Under the pieces are notes generated by a model. It was not told where the DNA came from. It was given only the letters and a program-made list of their open reading frames with translations, and did not search any database. Shown here piece by piece: positions 21,553 to 39,991 of a DNA stretch of 64,000 nt. Positions within the stretch are counted from its first letter, which is position 1. Each line of letters starts with the position of its first letter. This DNA comes from the human T2T-CHM13v2.0 reference genome, Homo sapiens: assembly GCF_009914755.1 (NCBI RefSeq), contig NC_060939.1; one strand, 5' to 3'. The translations under genes were made by a program, and so were the position numbers.

Positions 21553-21664
21553 ATATCCGACATTCACCTGAGCAGGTTTCGAGATCCAGGCAGAGCGGTA
21601 GACTTAGAGAAATTCTGTTCTGAAACTATTGACATCATTCAACCAGCTCTCGTCCTAGCAACAG
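21553..21664 (+). CDS. TMEM62: TMEM62 exon 2 (ISDIHLS...LVLATG; metallophosphoesterase motif I DxH)
   Basis: Acceptor ttttcggcag|ATA, donor ACAG|GTAGGG. 112 nt, in frame with exon 1. Confidence 0.96.
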
Positions 21665-22807
21665 GTAGGGAGGCTTGCCGTGCTGTGGTGGTGGTCTGTG
21701 GTCCGCATGGTAGAACTCTAGCCAGGGCTGTGGCTTTTCATTTTGGGGACGTTGGGAGCAGTATAGCCACAGCCCCAGGTGAGCTCTGTGAGGTGGAAGA
21801 GATTGGACATTCTAACCCCTTTGCCTATGGATAACTGAATGAGTCAAGATCCAGGCAAAATGATTTGACGTAGCAAGGTTTTGTCAAAGCAGTAGAAGCA
21901 AGGCTCCTGGTTCTCATGTCAGTCTGTTGTCTGATATATTTGTATCTGGTTTTTGTTCTTGTTGTTGTTACAGTTCTGGTTGTGAGAATTAGGGAAAAGC
22001 CTGTAACCACGAATCAGAAGTTCTCTTCTTTTGCTAACTTTTCTATTTTCTTTACATTATTAATCTTATATTTTCAGTTGTTTGAGGCTTCCGGTGACCC
22101 AGGGCACTTTTTCTTCATCCTTTGATAGTTTTATGACTTAAGTTTTCTAGACTCTTCAAACACTTTATTTGCTTTCAAACTGTAATGGGGAGAAGAAGCT
22201 AAAGGAGCATCTATCTATCTTGCTTACTGGGGAATTCATCACTCATCCACCTTATTGAAGCATCTCTGCTGACATGAAAGGGTATCAGTTCTGATTTAAT
22301 GGATGAGCCTCCATAAAAAGTTTTCTGTTTAGTTCTCTATAAATTTTGGTATTTTGTTGTCCAATTCCACCTGCCACATTGCTTCTTGCTGTAAAAATAA
22401 TACTTGGTCAAATCACATATTCTGATTTTGTGGTTTGGAAAATATGGTTGCCATAGATATTAGGCAGCCACTCAGAGTACTGGAATTTCTTATAAATCAT
22501 TTTCATTTTATCAGAGTCTATTGATGCATTTTGTACTGTTCTCTTTAAAGATTTTTTTAACAACCCATTTCGAATATCACAGGAGATTGAACAGGCATTT
22601 GCTAACCTATAAGAAACAAAGTCCTTGCTGAGAAAATCTTGTTAGTTTAGATGGCTCGATTTGGACATTGGTGGTCTCGTGAGCAGTTATGCTTATACAC
22701 GTTGAGTGCTTTAAGTATCCTTGTTCCTTCAGTGTACATATCTAAAAAAAATGGAACCCCCAGTAGTTTATTTTGCATTGTGATTCAATTCTTGTGTAAA
22801 CCTACAG

Positions 22808-22945
22808 GAGACCTGACAGATGCCAAAACAAAGGAACAGTTGGGATCCAGGCAGCATGAGGTAGAATGGCAAACCTACCAGGGTATTCTGAAGAAGACAA
22901 GAGTCATGGAAAAAACCAAGTGGCTGGATATCAAAGGAAATCATG
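22808..22945 (+). CDS. TMEM62: TMEM62 exon 3 (GDLTD...KGNH; motifs II and III)
   Basis: Acceptor cctacag|GA, donor CATG|GTAAGA. 138 nt. Confidence 0.96.
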
Positions 22946-24801
22946 GTAAGAGCCAAGAGCCAGATACAATAAAGACAAGAGTTTTTTTCCCCCTTCAGGA
23001 ACCTAGATTTTCCAACTTAGATTGTAAAATTATAAAGTGGGACATTTACATATACTAAAGGTCACATCTCTGAAATACAACTATATAATGTGGTTTTAAA
23101 ACTTCAAATGTCATTGTTAGCCTTTGAGATGACAATTGGTATGGTCCTTTTTTTGTGACATATGCTGCTTCTTTTTTTATTATTATTATTATACTTTAAG
23201 TTCTGGGTTACATGTGCAGAATGTGCAGGTTTGTTACATAGGTATATATGTGCCATGGTGGTTTGCTGCACCCATCAACCTGTCATCTACATTAGGTATT
23301 TCTCCTAATGCTATCCCTCCCCCTGCCCCCATCCCCCAGTCCTTTTTTCTGTACATGGAAAAAATATGAGTTTTAGCAAAACTCATGCAGACAGATGTTT
23401 TAATAAATATACATTTTGCTAAGTGAAAGAAGGCAAACCCGTAAGTCTGCATACTGTATGATTTCATTTATATGACATTCAGGAAAGGCAAAACAATAGA
23501 CAGAGAACAGATTGTAGTTACCAGAGGATAGGGATTGGGAGAGAGATTAACTGCAAACAAGCATCATGGAGAATTTTTGGTGGTGATGGAACTAGTCTGT
23601 ATTTTGATTGTGGTGGTAGACTTCAGGTTCACTATATATTTGTCAAAATCCATAGAACTGTAAGTCACAAAGGATGAATTTTACTGTGTGCAAATTTTAA
23701 AAACTTAGCTTTTATTTTTTCTTTTTAAAATTTACTAGTATTATTATTATTATTTTGTGAGACAGAGTCTCACTCTATCACCCAGGCTGGAGTGCAGTAG
23801 TGCAATCTCAGCTCACTGCAACCTTCGTCTCCCGAGTTCAAGCGATTCCCCTGCCTCAACCTCCTGAGTAGCTGGGATTACAGACAGGTACCACCCTGCC
23901 CAGTTAATTTTTTTTTTTTTTTGGTATTTTTAGAAGAGGTGGGGTTTCACCACATTGGCCAGGCTGATCTCGAACTCCTGACCTCAAATGATCTGCCCCT
24001 GCTCAGCCTTCTAAAGTGGTGGGATTACAGGCGTGAGCCACCACGCCTGGCTTATTATTATTTTTTTGACAGGGTCTTGCTCTGTCACTCAGCCTGGAGT
24101 GCAGTGGTGTGAGTATAGCTCATTGCAGCCTTGACCTGAGCTTAAATGATCCTCCCACCTCAGCCCCACAAGTAGCTGGGACTACAAGCATGCATCACCA
24201 TACCCTGCTAATTTTTGAAGTTTTTTTTTGTGGAGTTGGGTTCTTGCTATGTTGCTTAGGCTGATCTCAAACTCCTGGGCTCAAGTGATCCTCCTACCTC
24301 ATTCTCCCAAAGTGCTGGGATTACAGGTGTGAGTCACTGCACCTAGCTTAAAAAGTTTAAATTGCAAACAAATCTCCATAGGCATGAACAGGGAAATGGA
24401 TAATCCTTTCCCTTTTTAAGATTATCATTGTGTTGGTAAGGAAATGAACTCTTCTCCAAAAGAGTCCTGATGGTAGTGTATTTGTTTGATTTATAAAGGT
24501 TGACTTTTTTATTAGCTAAGTACTTCATTTGTCTACTTTATCTGATCAGTAGATCAGGCATGAATCCACTTCTTGCTGGCTTTTAGAATCACATGATTAA
24601 GACAAGAGCAACTACAGTTCAATCTTATAATTTCAAAGTTATTTATTCTGAGTGGTATAGAATTCAAAGTACCTGTTTTTCTCTAGTATACTAAGTGCCT
24701 TAAATAAGTTTCTAGATAATCTGAATTTTGTTAAGATATCAAAATTTTAAAGTATCAATCTAATTGATTGGCATTCTGCCATTAAAAGTGTTATAGAAAG
24801 A

Positions 24802-25769
24802 TGACAGAGGCTGCTACAGTCACGCCATGCCTAGCTAAGTCTGTGCCAGCAGAGGCAGAGAGCTTGCGGTGGGCCAGTTGCCCCTGCTGGAGCCTCAGTT
24901 AAATCTGAACATCCCACTGTCCCAACCCTCCCACAGATGTGCACCGGGCTGTACTTTGGCTTAAGACTGCAGGTGGACATCTCCACTGCCCGGGAATCAT
25001 GGAGTGTGTAGACAGGACAGCCTCCATGGAAGGCTGGTCATACCAGAGTCCCACCTTGGCACAGGCCTTGCCATTGAGGCAGCTCTACTGTCTGTGCTGG
25101 TCTGAGGGTGGGCTGCCTGTCATGGGGGCAGCCATTTCCCAGGGGGTGTTCATTGCCGTCATCTGCAACGCCTCATAGGCTTCTTGCTGCTTCTGCTCCG
25201 AGTCATTCTCTGCCGGGCCTACACTCTTGCTATGCCAATATTGACTGTCTCTACAGATTTAGTCCCAACTCCAGCCCTGGCCCCTATCCTGAAAAGGTAC
25301 CACTGCCCAAGAAACCTAGCCATGAAGGCAGCTACCTGCTGCAGCCCTGAAGGCCCCTGGCTTAGCCTGGAGCTTGGGACCTAAGTCCATCCCACCCACA
25401 TCCTGGAATCAAGATTCCAGGGTTTTAGCCAGACTAGGGTCTAGAACTTGGAGCCTAACCTGCTTGGATTGGACTCAGCAACCCTGAGTCTAGCCATACT
25501 GGTTCTAGGAGAGGCTCAGTGGCCCTAGAGAGATGGGCCATGGTGGGAGTTCATGAATTGCTGGTAGGGCCAGGGCCATCTGGACTCTGTTCTGAGTCAG
25601 GGGCTGAGTCTACCCTTTCCTTAGGCTAAGCACTTCTAGGTGGGGGAAGCAAACTGAAACCCATGGCAATAATGGGAGGTTGTCCAGGATGTGCCCCTCT
25701 CCTAGTCCTCCCACTGTTTGCTGAATAATAAATGGAACGGCTCTACCCTGGGGGTGTGTGTGGAAGAAT
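24802..25769 (+). pseudogene. Processed pseudogene of ENHO (adropin precursor) in TMEM62 intron 3
   Basis: ATG 25122 to TGA 25350 spells MGAAISQG...LLLLL.VILC.A...SPNSSPGP.PEK.P.PKKPSHEGSYLLQP across three frames. AATAAA 25727-25732. TSD tgttatagaaaga at 24789-24801 and 25770-25782. Confidence 0.9.
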
Positions 25770-25869
25770 TGTTATAGAAAGAATTATTTTCCCTTAGTCA
25801 TTAAAGAAAATGTTTGTATTCTTTTTTTAATGTGGATGAATGTTTGCTTTTTTTTTTTTTTTAAATTAG

Positions 25870-25915
25870 ATGCATTCAATATTCCAAGTCTGGACAGCAT
25901 CAAGAATTATTACAG
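25870..25915 (+). CDS. TMEM62: TMEM62 exon 4 (46 nt; DAFNIPSLDSIKNYYR)
   Basis: Long poly-T tract then attag|AT, donor ACAG|GTACTG. Completes the GNHD motif. Confidence 0.93.
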
Positions 25916-26271
25916 GTACTGTAATAAACAGAAGACAGACCACTATGTAGAGTCAGTGTTATAAGGAGGGTGTGGTCAACTCAATGAATGAGAGAAAACT
26001 TTAAAAAAACATTTTAAGAGGCAGGGGTCTCGCTATTTTGCCCAGGCTAGCTCTGAACTGAGCTCAAACGATCCTCCTGCCTCAGACTCCTGTGTAGCTG
26101 GGGCTGCAGGCACATGCTACTGTGCCTAGCTGAAAACATTTTTTAACAGGTAAAATTTTTCTATAAAGAATCTCTAGTAATTTAAAAAATGAGCCTTTTT
26201 GTCTTTTTGTGACAGATGCATTTCTTTTTGTTTAGAGTTTTTCTTTCCTTTAATTCTTTCTGTTTCATATA

Positions 26272-30769
<4,498 letters not shown>

Positions 30770-32497
30770 CAGTTTAATGCTTTGTTTTGGCTAATGGTAC
30801 TTTTAATATTCCACACGGGCTTAAAAAATTGTTTAAGTCATTGATACATAGGAAAAGTCATTTATATCAGAGCTTGTCAGCCACACTACTGAGGTCACTG
30901 GGTTTTCAGAATCCTGAGATACTGATTCTCCTGGCCTCTGTGGTGGCTGGAGAGCCCAGTTAGTCACCTGGCTGCTTTATCTTTTCATCCTGTGTCATAC
31001 AAATATTAAAATAATCTTTATTTGTCACAAATGTGAAAAGGCAAGGGATCTCTGAATTAGAAACCAATTGTCTAGTTTCATTATGTTTAGATTCCTCTTT
31101 TGGTTGCAGTGCACTTTTCAGCCTCAGGGTATTCAGTAGCTTTGTTCTGCATTGTCAATCAATCATGTAGCAAATATTTATTGAGAATCCATCCCTAGTT
31201 GGATAGTGTGAGAGATACATGAGTTAATGTTAAAAATTTGGCTTTTGCCTTCAAGGAACTGATAGTGTAGTTAAGGGACATCAGAATTATTTAGGAAACA
31301 ATTAGAAAATAACATGAAGAAATGGCCGAGGAAATGCTAGATTATTTGGTACACATGATAATCACTATGAGAAATTAGAAAAGCATGGGGGTGGACATAG
31401 AGAAGACTTTATAAAAGAAGCAAAAAGTGTGTCCAATCTTAAAAGATGAGTAGCATTTGAAGAAGTAAGACATGCCAAGGAGGATATTTTAGGCAAAAAG
31501 ATAGGTATGAAGAGATCTTTAAAAGCTACAGACTGGGAAACCAAAAACTGAACTTTGCAGGGGCAGTAAGAAAACTGGTGTCACCAGAATTAACATTCAT
31601 ACTGAGGACTAGTATGACACTGGATAGGCAGCCTAGGGCTAATTTATGGAGGTCTTAAGTAACAAGCATAGAAGTTGAGATGTGATGGGTAATAGTTCAT
31701 AATTCAGCATAGGTTCTTAAGGAGGCAAGTAACATAATTAAAATAGTGTTTTATAAATGGCAATCCCACAATAAAAAAGGAAAAAGATGGGATAAAAAGG
31801 AAAAAAGAGATATTGGAGTTATGTGGACTAAATAGGAGGGTCCTGCAATAGTCTAGTCATGATAATGAAAAGTCATACCCATCTGAACTAAGTTCTTGGA
31901 TATGGAGATGGTGACATCAATTTGAGGATGATAGGTCAAAAAGCACTGGTTAACTGAGTTTGTATGATTAGAGTCACCATACATTGGAAGAGGAGGTTGT
32001 TCTCTTTTGTTAATGTGAGAAAGGAAGAGGACAGAGATGAAAATCTTTCACTTCCTGTTAACTGTTTGTATCTTTCATGGTGACTGTGGGGAGTTAGGAG
32101 ACATGTTCAAAAGTAATTAACAGGACTTGGGGCTGAGTGGTTATTGGGAAAGTAAAGTGAATAGTCACTTTAAAGTTTCTTACCTTTGTATTTTTGTTTT
32201 TAGCCACCTAAACTTTATCTGAATTTAATAAATGGCATTTTACTAAAAATATAAATATTACAGAAATACCAATCTGAAGAAAAAAAATTAAAGTTAAATC
32301 TTGATCTTAAAAATGTCCCAGAGAGGAGGCAGAGCTTGCAGTGAGCCAAGATCGCGTCACTGCACTCCAGCCTGGGCGACAGAGTGAGACTCCGTCTCAA
32401 AAAAAAAAAAAAAAAGATTCTGAGGAATAACTGAACATAAAATAAGCAAGAAAAAATATAAGTAAAAATTTTAATTTAGAATAAAACCCTGAAATAG

Positions 32498-32736
<239 letters not shown>

Positions 32737-33787
32737 TGATCCGCCTACCTCGGCCTTCCAAAGTGCTGGGATTACAGGCGGGAGCCACCGCGCCTGGCCC
32801 TGAAATGGAAATTTAAAAAATACCAAGAAGAAAGGCAGTAGAACTAATTGACATTGTTTAAATTGGGTTTGACTAATTTCTGAGTATTAGTTGTAATGTC
32901 TATATCATATATTTACTCGGGTTACATTATATTTGATGGTTGTTGTGGCCCACTAGCATATTAAATTTCAGGAGTTTATTTGTATTTTTAAATATATGCT
33001 GTTAGGTAAAAATCATGTAAGACACTTAGATAAATGATAATACCAACTTTTCTTATAATGTTCTGACATTTGAATAATATAGGTATGCCCTCCAATAAAA
33101 TCTATACTTTCCTTCTTATTTATTCAACACATACTTAATGAGTGCCTGCCCTGTACTGTGTTACTCATCCTTTCTTCCTGGTCTTCACTCTGCAGTTTTA
33201 TGGACACCTGAACACTGTTGACGCTTAAGGTGGTAAACTTTCATTAGTGGATATAGACCCTGTGTATGTTATCAATATATCTTTAGGAACTGAAAAAGAT
33301 TTAACAACCCAGACCTAGACTAATATTTTTTCTCCTTGCTTGAAGACTTCATCTTTGCAAGTCTTTCTTGTGAATTAAGCCTCTGTAGTCCTGTTTCAAG
33401 AAGTAGACAGCTTTTTTATCTCACTACACCAAGAATTCTAGGTACTTAGTATGCCCTCACTAAATCTGCAAATGATTGATAAATACTGTTCCACTGGATT
33501 TTGATTTCTTTTTGAACATTTAATGGACTCCCTAAAAGAGCCGTCTTACTTCTGAACTTGGTGAACTTGTATTTGGTTATTGAATGAGTTTGCATGAGTC
33601 TTTGGGGACAATGGGAGAAAAACTTTGAAATTTCATCAGTTTATCCATTGTGGATCTAGTTTAGTATATTTCTGTCAGATCAGCAAATCTCGTTTTCAAA
33701 GGAAGGTAAAATCTAGCGTATTAGGGAAGGAATTTTAAAGCATTGTCTTTTTATTACACTAACACCCTCCTGTCTTCTATTTTTTAG

Positions 33788-33929
33788 GAAATATTCTGCT
33801 GTACGTAGAGATGGCTCTTTCCATTATGTCCACAGTACTCCCTTTGGCAACTATTCGTTCATCTGTGTAGATGCCACTGTAAATCCAGGGCCTAAGAGAC
33901 CCTATAATTTCTTTGGAATTTTAGATAAG
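33788..33929 (+). CDS. TMEM62: TMEM62 exon 5 (KYSAVRRDGSF...FFGILDK)
   Basis: Acceptor tttttag|G, donor AAG|GTGCAG. 142 nt, keeps frame. Confidence 0.94.
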
Positions 33930-34169
33930 GTGCAGTAAAAATCTTACTTCCCTTTGTAGCTTACTTATTTTTTCATGGATACGTGTGGATCACTTAAAGT
34001 TATCAAAAGTAAACTAGTTGTTATCTAGGAATGCTTTGGAGAAATTTAACTTGGTTACAGGTATGGCTAGAAGTTACTGGCTATTTCAGCACTATTTTTG
34101 CTATCCTTTTTCTTGTCCCAAAATCTGAGAAAGAAGTACCTCACACTTTATGGAGTAAACATTTATTAA

Positions 34170-34637
<468 letters not shown>

Positions 34638-36049
34638 TGATTGCTGGATTTAAACTGTGTGGAAAGTCTCATTTGAGAACCTCTTATTATTTCTTGGTAC
34701 AGTAAATGCCAACTCATTATTTAATAAGCATATGCCCCTAAGTAAGACATATGTGCTCATATGAAAGAATACAAAAGTGATAAGATCAAGTTCTTAGACT
34801 CTTAGAGTATTTAATCTAGTGGTGAGGTATAAGACCAGTATAGAAATAAATATAATAAAGAGCAGAATTTGCTAAATTAGAACTAAGAGGTTCAGAGTTA
34901 TACGAGAGTTCGAAAGAATGTGAAATCAAGTGAACAGAATATTGTCAAATGCATTGTGTTACTTTAGGCATTTTATTTAATTAGGTTCTATTTTGTTTCT
35001 TATCTATCAAGTGTCTTTAGTCAGGGTTGATGAACTTATATTAAATCCCATTCCTTAGTATAGTGTTTTTTAAAGGTAGAATTCAAGGATCATGTACATG
35101 AAAACCAACTGGAGTGTTACAAAATACAGATTCCCTTGCCTTGCCCCAGACTTATCAAATTAAAAACCCTGAGGGTAGATCCCAGAAATGTATTGCTGTA
35201 AGCACCTTACATATAATATTAATGCATATTTACATAGGTACCAGTTATTTTTTGAAATCAACTTTTGAGGTATGATTTGAGTACTATAAAATACCCTCAT
35301 TTTAAATGTTTGAAGAGTTTTGACAAATGTATATATTGGTATAACTGTCACCACAGTTAAGACATAGAACATTTCCATCATCCTAAAGTCTTGTCATCCT
35401 TGTACAGTCTGTCTTCACTTCCTAGGGAATTACTGATTGGTTTTCTATCAGTATAGATTCATTTTGTTTGTTCTAAAATTTTGTATAAATGAAATCATAC
35501 AGTATGTACTCTTGGGTCTGGCTTCTTTTGCTCAGTATAATGTTTCTGAGATCCATCCGTATGATTGTGTGTATCAGTAGTTCTTTCCTTTCTGTTGCTG
35601 AGTGCTGTTCCATCGTGTAGATGTATTACAACTTGTTGATGGTTTCTAGTTTTTGGCTATTATCAGAGCTGTTATAAACATTTAGGTAGAAGTCTTTCCA
35701 TGATATTATTTTAGAAGTTTAGTTTCTGTATCCTCTTTATTAATCGTAAAGTGTTATACAAAGCTGTAAAGATTAGTGATGACTTCATTTCGCAGTTTCC
35801 TTATCTATTAAAAGAGGATAATACCTACCCTACCTATTGCAGAGTTATTTTTAGTATCAAATGAAATATAATGTATGTGAAAACAATTTGAAACTTACAG
35901 AGGTCCATAGAGGTCATTAACTAGTAAGGTTTAAGGCCTAGACACATATAATAATTATTATAAATCTTCAGAGGAGTTTTCTAATCTGTTGACATTAGAT
36001 TTTAGCCTGAGCCCTAATTTAAGATCCTTCCATTTTTCTCCCATCTCAG

Positions 36050-36174
36050 AAAAAGATGGAGGAGCTCTTATTACTGGCCAAGGAAAGCAGTCGGAGCAAC
36101 CATACAATTTGGTTTGGACACTTTACAACATCCACTATTCTTTCTCCATCACCAGGAATCCGGTCAATAATGAG
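36050..36174 (+). CDS. TMEM62: TMEM62 exon 6 (KKMEELL...WFGHF...IRSIM; motif IV)
   Basis: Acceptor ctcccatctcag|AAA, donor GAG|GTGAGA. 125 nt. Confidence 0.94.
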
Positions 36175-36323
36175 GTGAGACAAGCTTCCAAAATCAGAAT
36201 TAATTTGTTTTTAGTTTTTTTATTTTGCTGTTACCTATTCTGCTTTTCTGGCAAGACATTTTTATTAGTTTGGCCTCACGCGTTATCTTTGTTCATTTAT
36301 TTCATTTATTTTTCATTGGTTAG

Positions 36324-36446
36324 TTCGGCTATAGCTTATTTGTGTGGACATCTCCATACACTTGGTGGACTGATGCCTGTTTTGCACACTCGTCACTTCC
36401 AGGGCACTTTGGAACTTGAGGTGGGAGACTGGAAGGATAATAGGAG
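36324..36446 (+). CDS. TMEM62: TMEM62 exon 7 (SAIAYLCGHLH...DWKDNR; motif V GHxH)
   Basis: Acceptor ttggttag|T, donor GAG|GTAAGG. 123 nt. Confidence 0.95.
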
Positions 36447-39085
36447 GTAAGGGAACCTCCCCATAGAAGAAAACTTATACACATAAGTTTTGCCAAAGCA
36501 ATGATAGTTTTCTTACTGATATCATGGGTGATCACAGTTAAAGAAAAACTTGTGATATTTCTGTTTTTTTAAAGTAATATATGTCTCTGAAATCTTTGTC
36601 ATTTTGCGGAAACCTTGTCATAGCAGGGATGTTTACTATCACTATGTTACATTGGATTTTCAAGATATGTCCATTAGGAATTGGACTCAAACTCTAGTGT
36701 GCACAAGAATTATGGAGGAGCTTATGAAAAATAAAAATTTTCAGGCGCTGCCTCTAGAGATTTTGATTGTGTTGGTCTGGATTAGGGTCCAACAAATTAC
36801 ATTTTTTTTTTTTTTTTGAGACAGAGTCACGTTCAGCTGCCCAGAGTAGCTGAGATTACAGGCACCCACCATCATGCTCAGCTAATTTTTGTATTTTAGT
36901 AGAGATGGGGTTTCACCATGTTTGCCAGGCTGGTCTTGAACTCTTGACCTCAGGTGATCCACCCGCCTCGGCCTCCCAAAGTACTAGGATTACAGGCGTG
37001 AGCCATGGCGCCTGGCCCAAACTGCCTTTTTTAAAAGCCCTCTGGGTGGTCTATGCATGACAATTTGAGAAATACTAGGACTAGAAGTGTCATGTTTTTC
37101 CTCCTGAATTTTGTATCTACCATACTGGTTATTGTTACAAGATGGTAGTGATTTAACTTCTTCAAATAGATGATAGTTGGCTTTTTTAAGGTTAAAGTCT
37201 CTCTAAGAGAAAATATGTTTATCAAAAGCATGTAGTGTAGTTAAATATATGGTTTTTTCTTTTTTAAAAAGAAGTATTTAAGTGAAATAGTTTATCAAGT
37301 TTTGAGGAGTATCATCTTATTGTTTAACTATTACAGTTATTTAATTTACACAAACCCTGTGCTCTCAGATAATAGGTACTCAGCAAAGGTTTGTTGAGCT
37401 GAATATGTTATCTTTTTATTTTTAACTACTTCCATTAATTAAAAAGGAACTTTACATCTTGGAAGGTACTTTCTCATTTTGGTTGACTTTTTAAAAACTG
37501 TGTGAGTTATGCTTGAAACGTGTAATTATTTGGCAACTATAATTACTTTGAGCTAAGAGTTGTCTGTTCATGGCTGTGAGGCTGTGGGCTGGGCTATGAT
37601 TGCCTTTTGTGAGATAGTCTTACTAAGCCTTGACCAGCTTCTTTATTTCTTCTAAGTGCTCTAGTTACAAGTTGTGATGTTAATTATGAAGGCATTTCCT
37701 TTCTCTCTCCACCAGTTTTCCTGTGTCCAACCCTGGGGTTTTATTTGGAGCGTACTCCAGATAAAAGGACCTAAACTTTACCTGCCCTTATAAACACTTA
37801 AATTGTGTTAGTTACAATAGAATAATTTTTAAAAACAGTATATTGGAAATATTAGGCTAGGCCTTGTTGTAGATGCAGATAAATCCAGAAATATCAGTGG
37901 CTTAACACAAATGTTTTTCATTTGTATAAATTCAATATGAGTCAGAACAACTCTTATCCATGGGATGAGTCAGTAATTCAGACTTCCTCCATCTTAAAAT
38001 TCCTATTTCGACATGTCGATTCCAGGGCAGGGAAGAGAGCAAGGAGAACTCACACCCACTCTTAAGTACTTTGGACCACAGGCATGATATGTGTCACTTC
38101 TCTTCACAGCCCATTGGCCAAAACTAGTCACATGGTCCCAACCTGATACCAGGAGACTGGGAAATTCAGGGGAATGTGTAGAGAATTTCGTGAGCACTAT
38201 TGTTTCTGCCATAGTGAATCATTTCTTTTTTTAGTTCTAAAAGTTAGAAAATATAAAACTTTGGTTATTCTTTAATGAATATTTTATACCTTTTGTTATT
38301 GCATTTGGAAAATGAAAACAACTTTAATTTCTTTGAAATTATAGAAATAAATGTTTAATGCTAGGCATGGTGGCTTACGCCTATAATCCCAGCACTTTGG
38401 GAAGCCAAGGTGAGGGGGATCACCTGCGGTCAGGAGTTCGAGACCAGCCTGGCCAACATGGTGAAACCCTATCTCTGCTAAAAATAGCCGGGTGTGGTGG
38501 CGGGCACCTGTAATCCCAGCTACTTGGGAGGCTGAGGCAGAGGTTGCAGTGAGCCAAGACTGCGCCACTGCACTCCAGCCTGGGTGACGGAGTGAGACTC
38601 CATCTCAAAAATAAGAAAAAAAAAAAAAAAAAAGAAAGAAAGGTTTAAAAGAAGCATGAAAGATTTCTAATTTTGTTCATATCAACCATTTTAATATTTT
38701 ATGTAGCATTGTTGATGGGATGAAGAATGTCAAGTATTAGGGTTATAATAAATATTTTAGGTTCAAAATTGTCTTAAAGTACAGGGATAAGATGAGTTAC
38801 TTCAACAAGTATTTATTTAAAAATTAAAGAGTACATGCCGTGTACCAGGTGTTGTTCAAGAGCACAGTTGAATCCATTGCCCAGTCAGAGGCAGTTATGT
38901 GACAAATGTGAAGGATAAAGTGATGGGGTAAGGGAAGAAAGAAAGAAAATATTACTTAATCTGTATTCAAATTAATCATGTAAAAAAGTCCTAGTTATGT
39001 ATTTTTATATTTGTTCTGTATATTACCTTCATGACCTCTTACAATGTGAAGTGACTAAATTACCTTATCATTATCTGGTCTTTAG

Positions 39086-39241
39086 GTACCGGATTTTTGC
39101 TTTTGATCACGACCTCTTTAGCTTTGCAGATTTGATCTTTGGGAAGTGGCCTGTGGTTCTTATCACCAATCCTAAATCACTCCTTTATAGTTGTGGTGAA
39201 CATGAACCACTAGAAAGACTTCTTCACTCAACACACATCAG
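39086..39241 (+). CDS. TMEM62: TMEM62 exon 8 (YRIFAFDHD...HSTHIR)
   Basis: Acceptor tctttag|G, donor CAG|GTATGT. 156 nt. Confidence 0.95.
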
Positions 39242-39679
39242 GTATGTAGCAATTTTTTAGAATTTACTTTCAGTTTGATAATGAAGGAGAATAAGTCATT
39301 GTGATTGCATTCCCATGTGAAAGCTATGAGATGCCCCATTTTAGTTTTCTCAACAACCTAAACATTATATAAAGATAGATTGCTTACTGTTTTGTTTCCA
39401 TTAAGTTAAAAAGCATATCATTTTTTTAAGCTGATGAAATTTTAAAAACCATTCAGAAATCTATAATTCTACCATTATTATTTTTGTTTTATTTTATTCC
39501 AGCCTTTTTATTTGGACGCTTTTACATTGCTATAAGCATAATGTACATATTCCTTTATAGTCTACTTTTTAAAATTTGCATTATATATCAAATTTTTTTT
39601 CATTTGTTATGTAGCCTTCTAAGAAAGCAAAAGCTATATATATAATCCTTATGGAATTGAAAATTCAGTTGGCAAATGA

Positions 39680-39991
<312 letters not shown>

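Noticed and set aside
22805-22810. CAGGAG tandem (NAGNAG) acceptor that would delete Gly98
   Set aside because: Distal GAG acceptors are rarely used when a proximal CAG is present.
35989-36450. 153-aa ORF through exon 6 (alternative frame) and the 149-nt intron 6 into exon 7
   Set aside because: Would need skipping of exons 4-5 plus intron retention to be in frame, and it would lose catalytic motifs. Probably chance.
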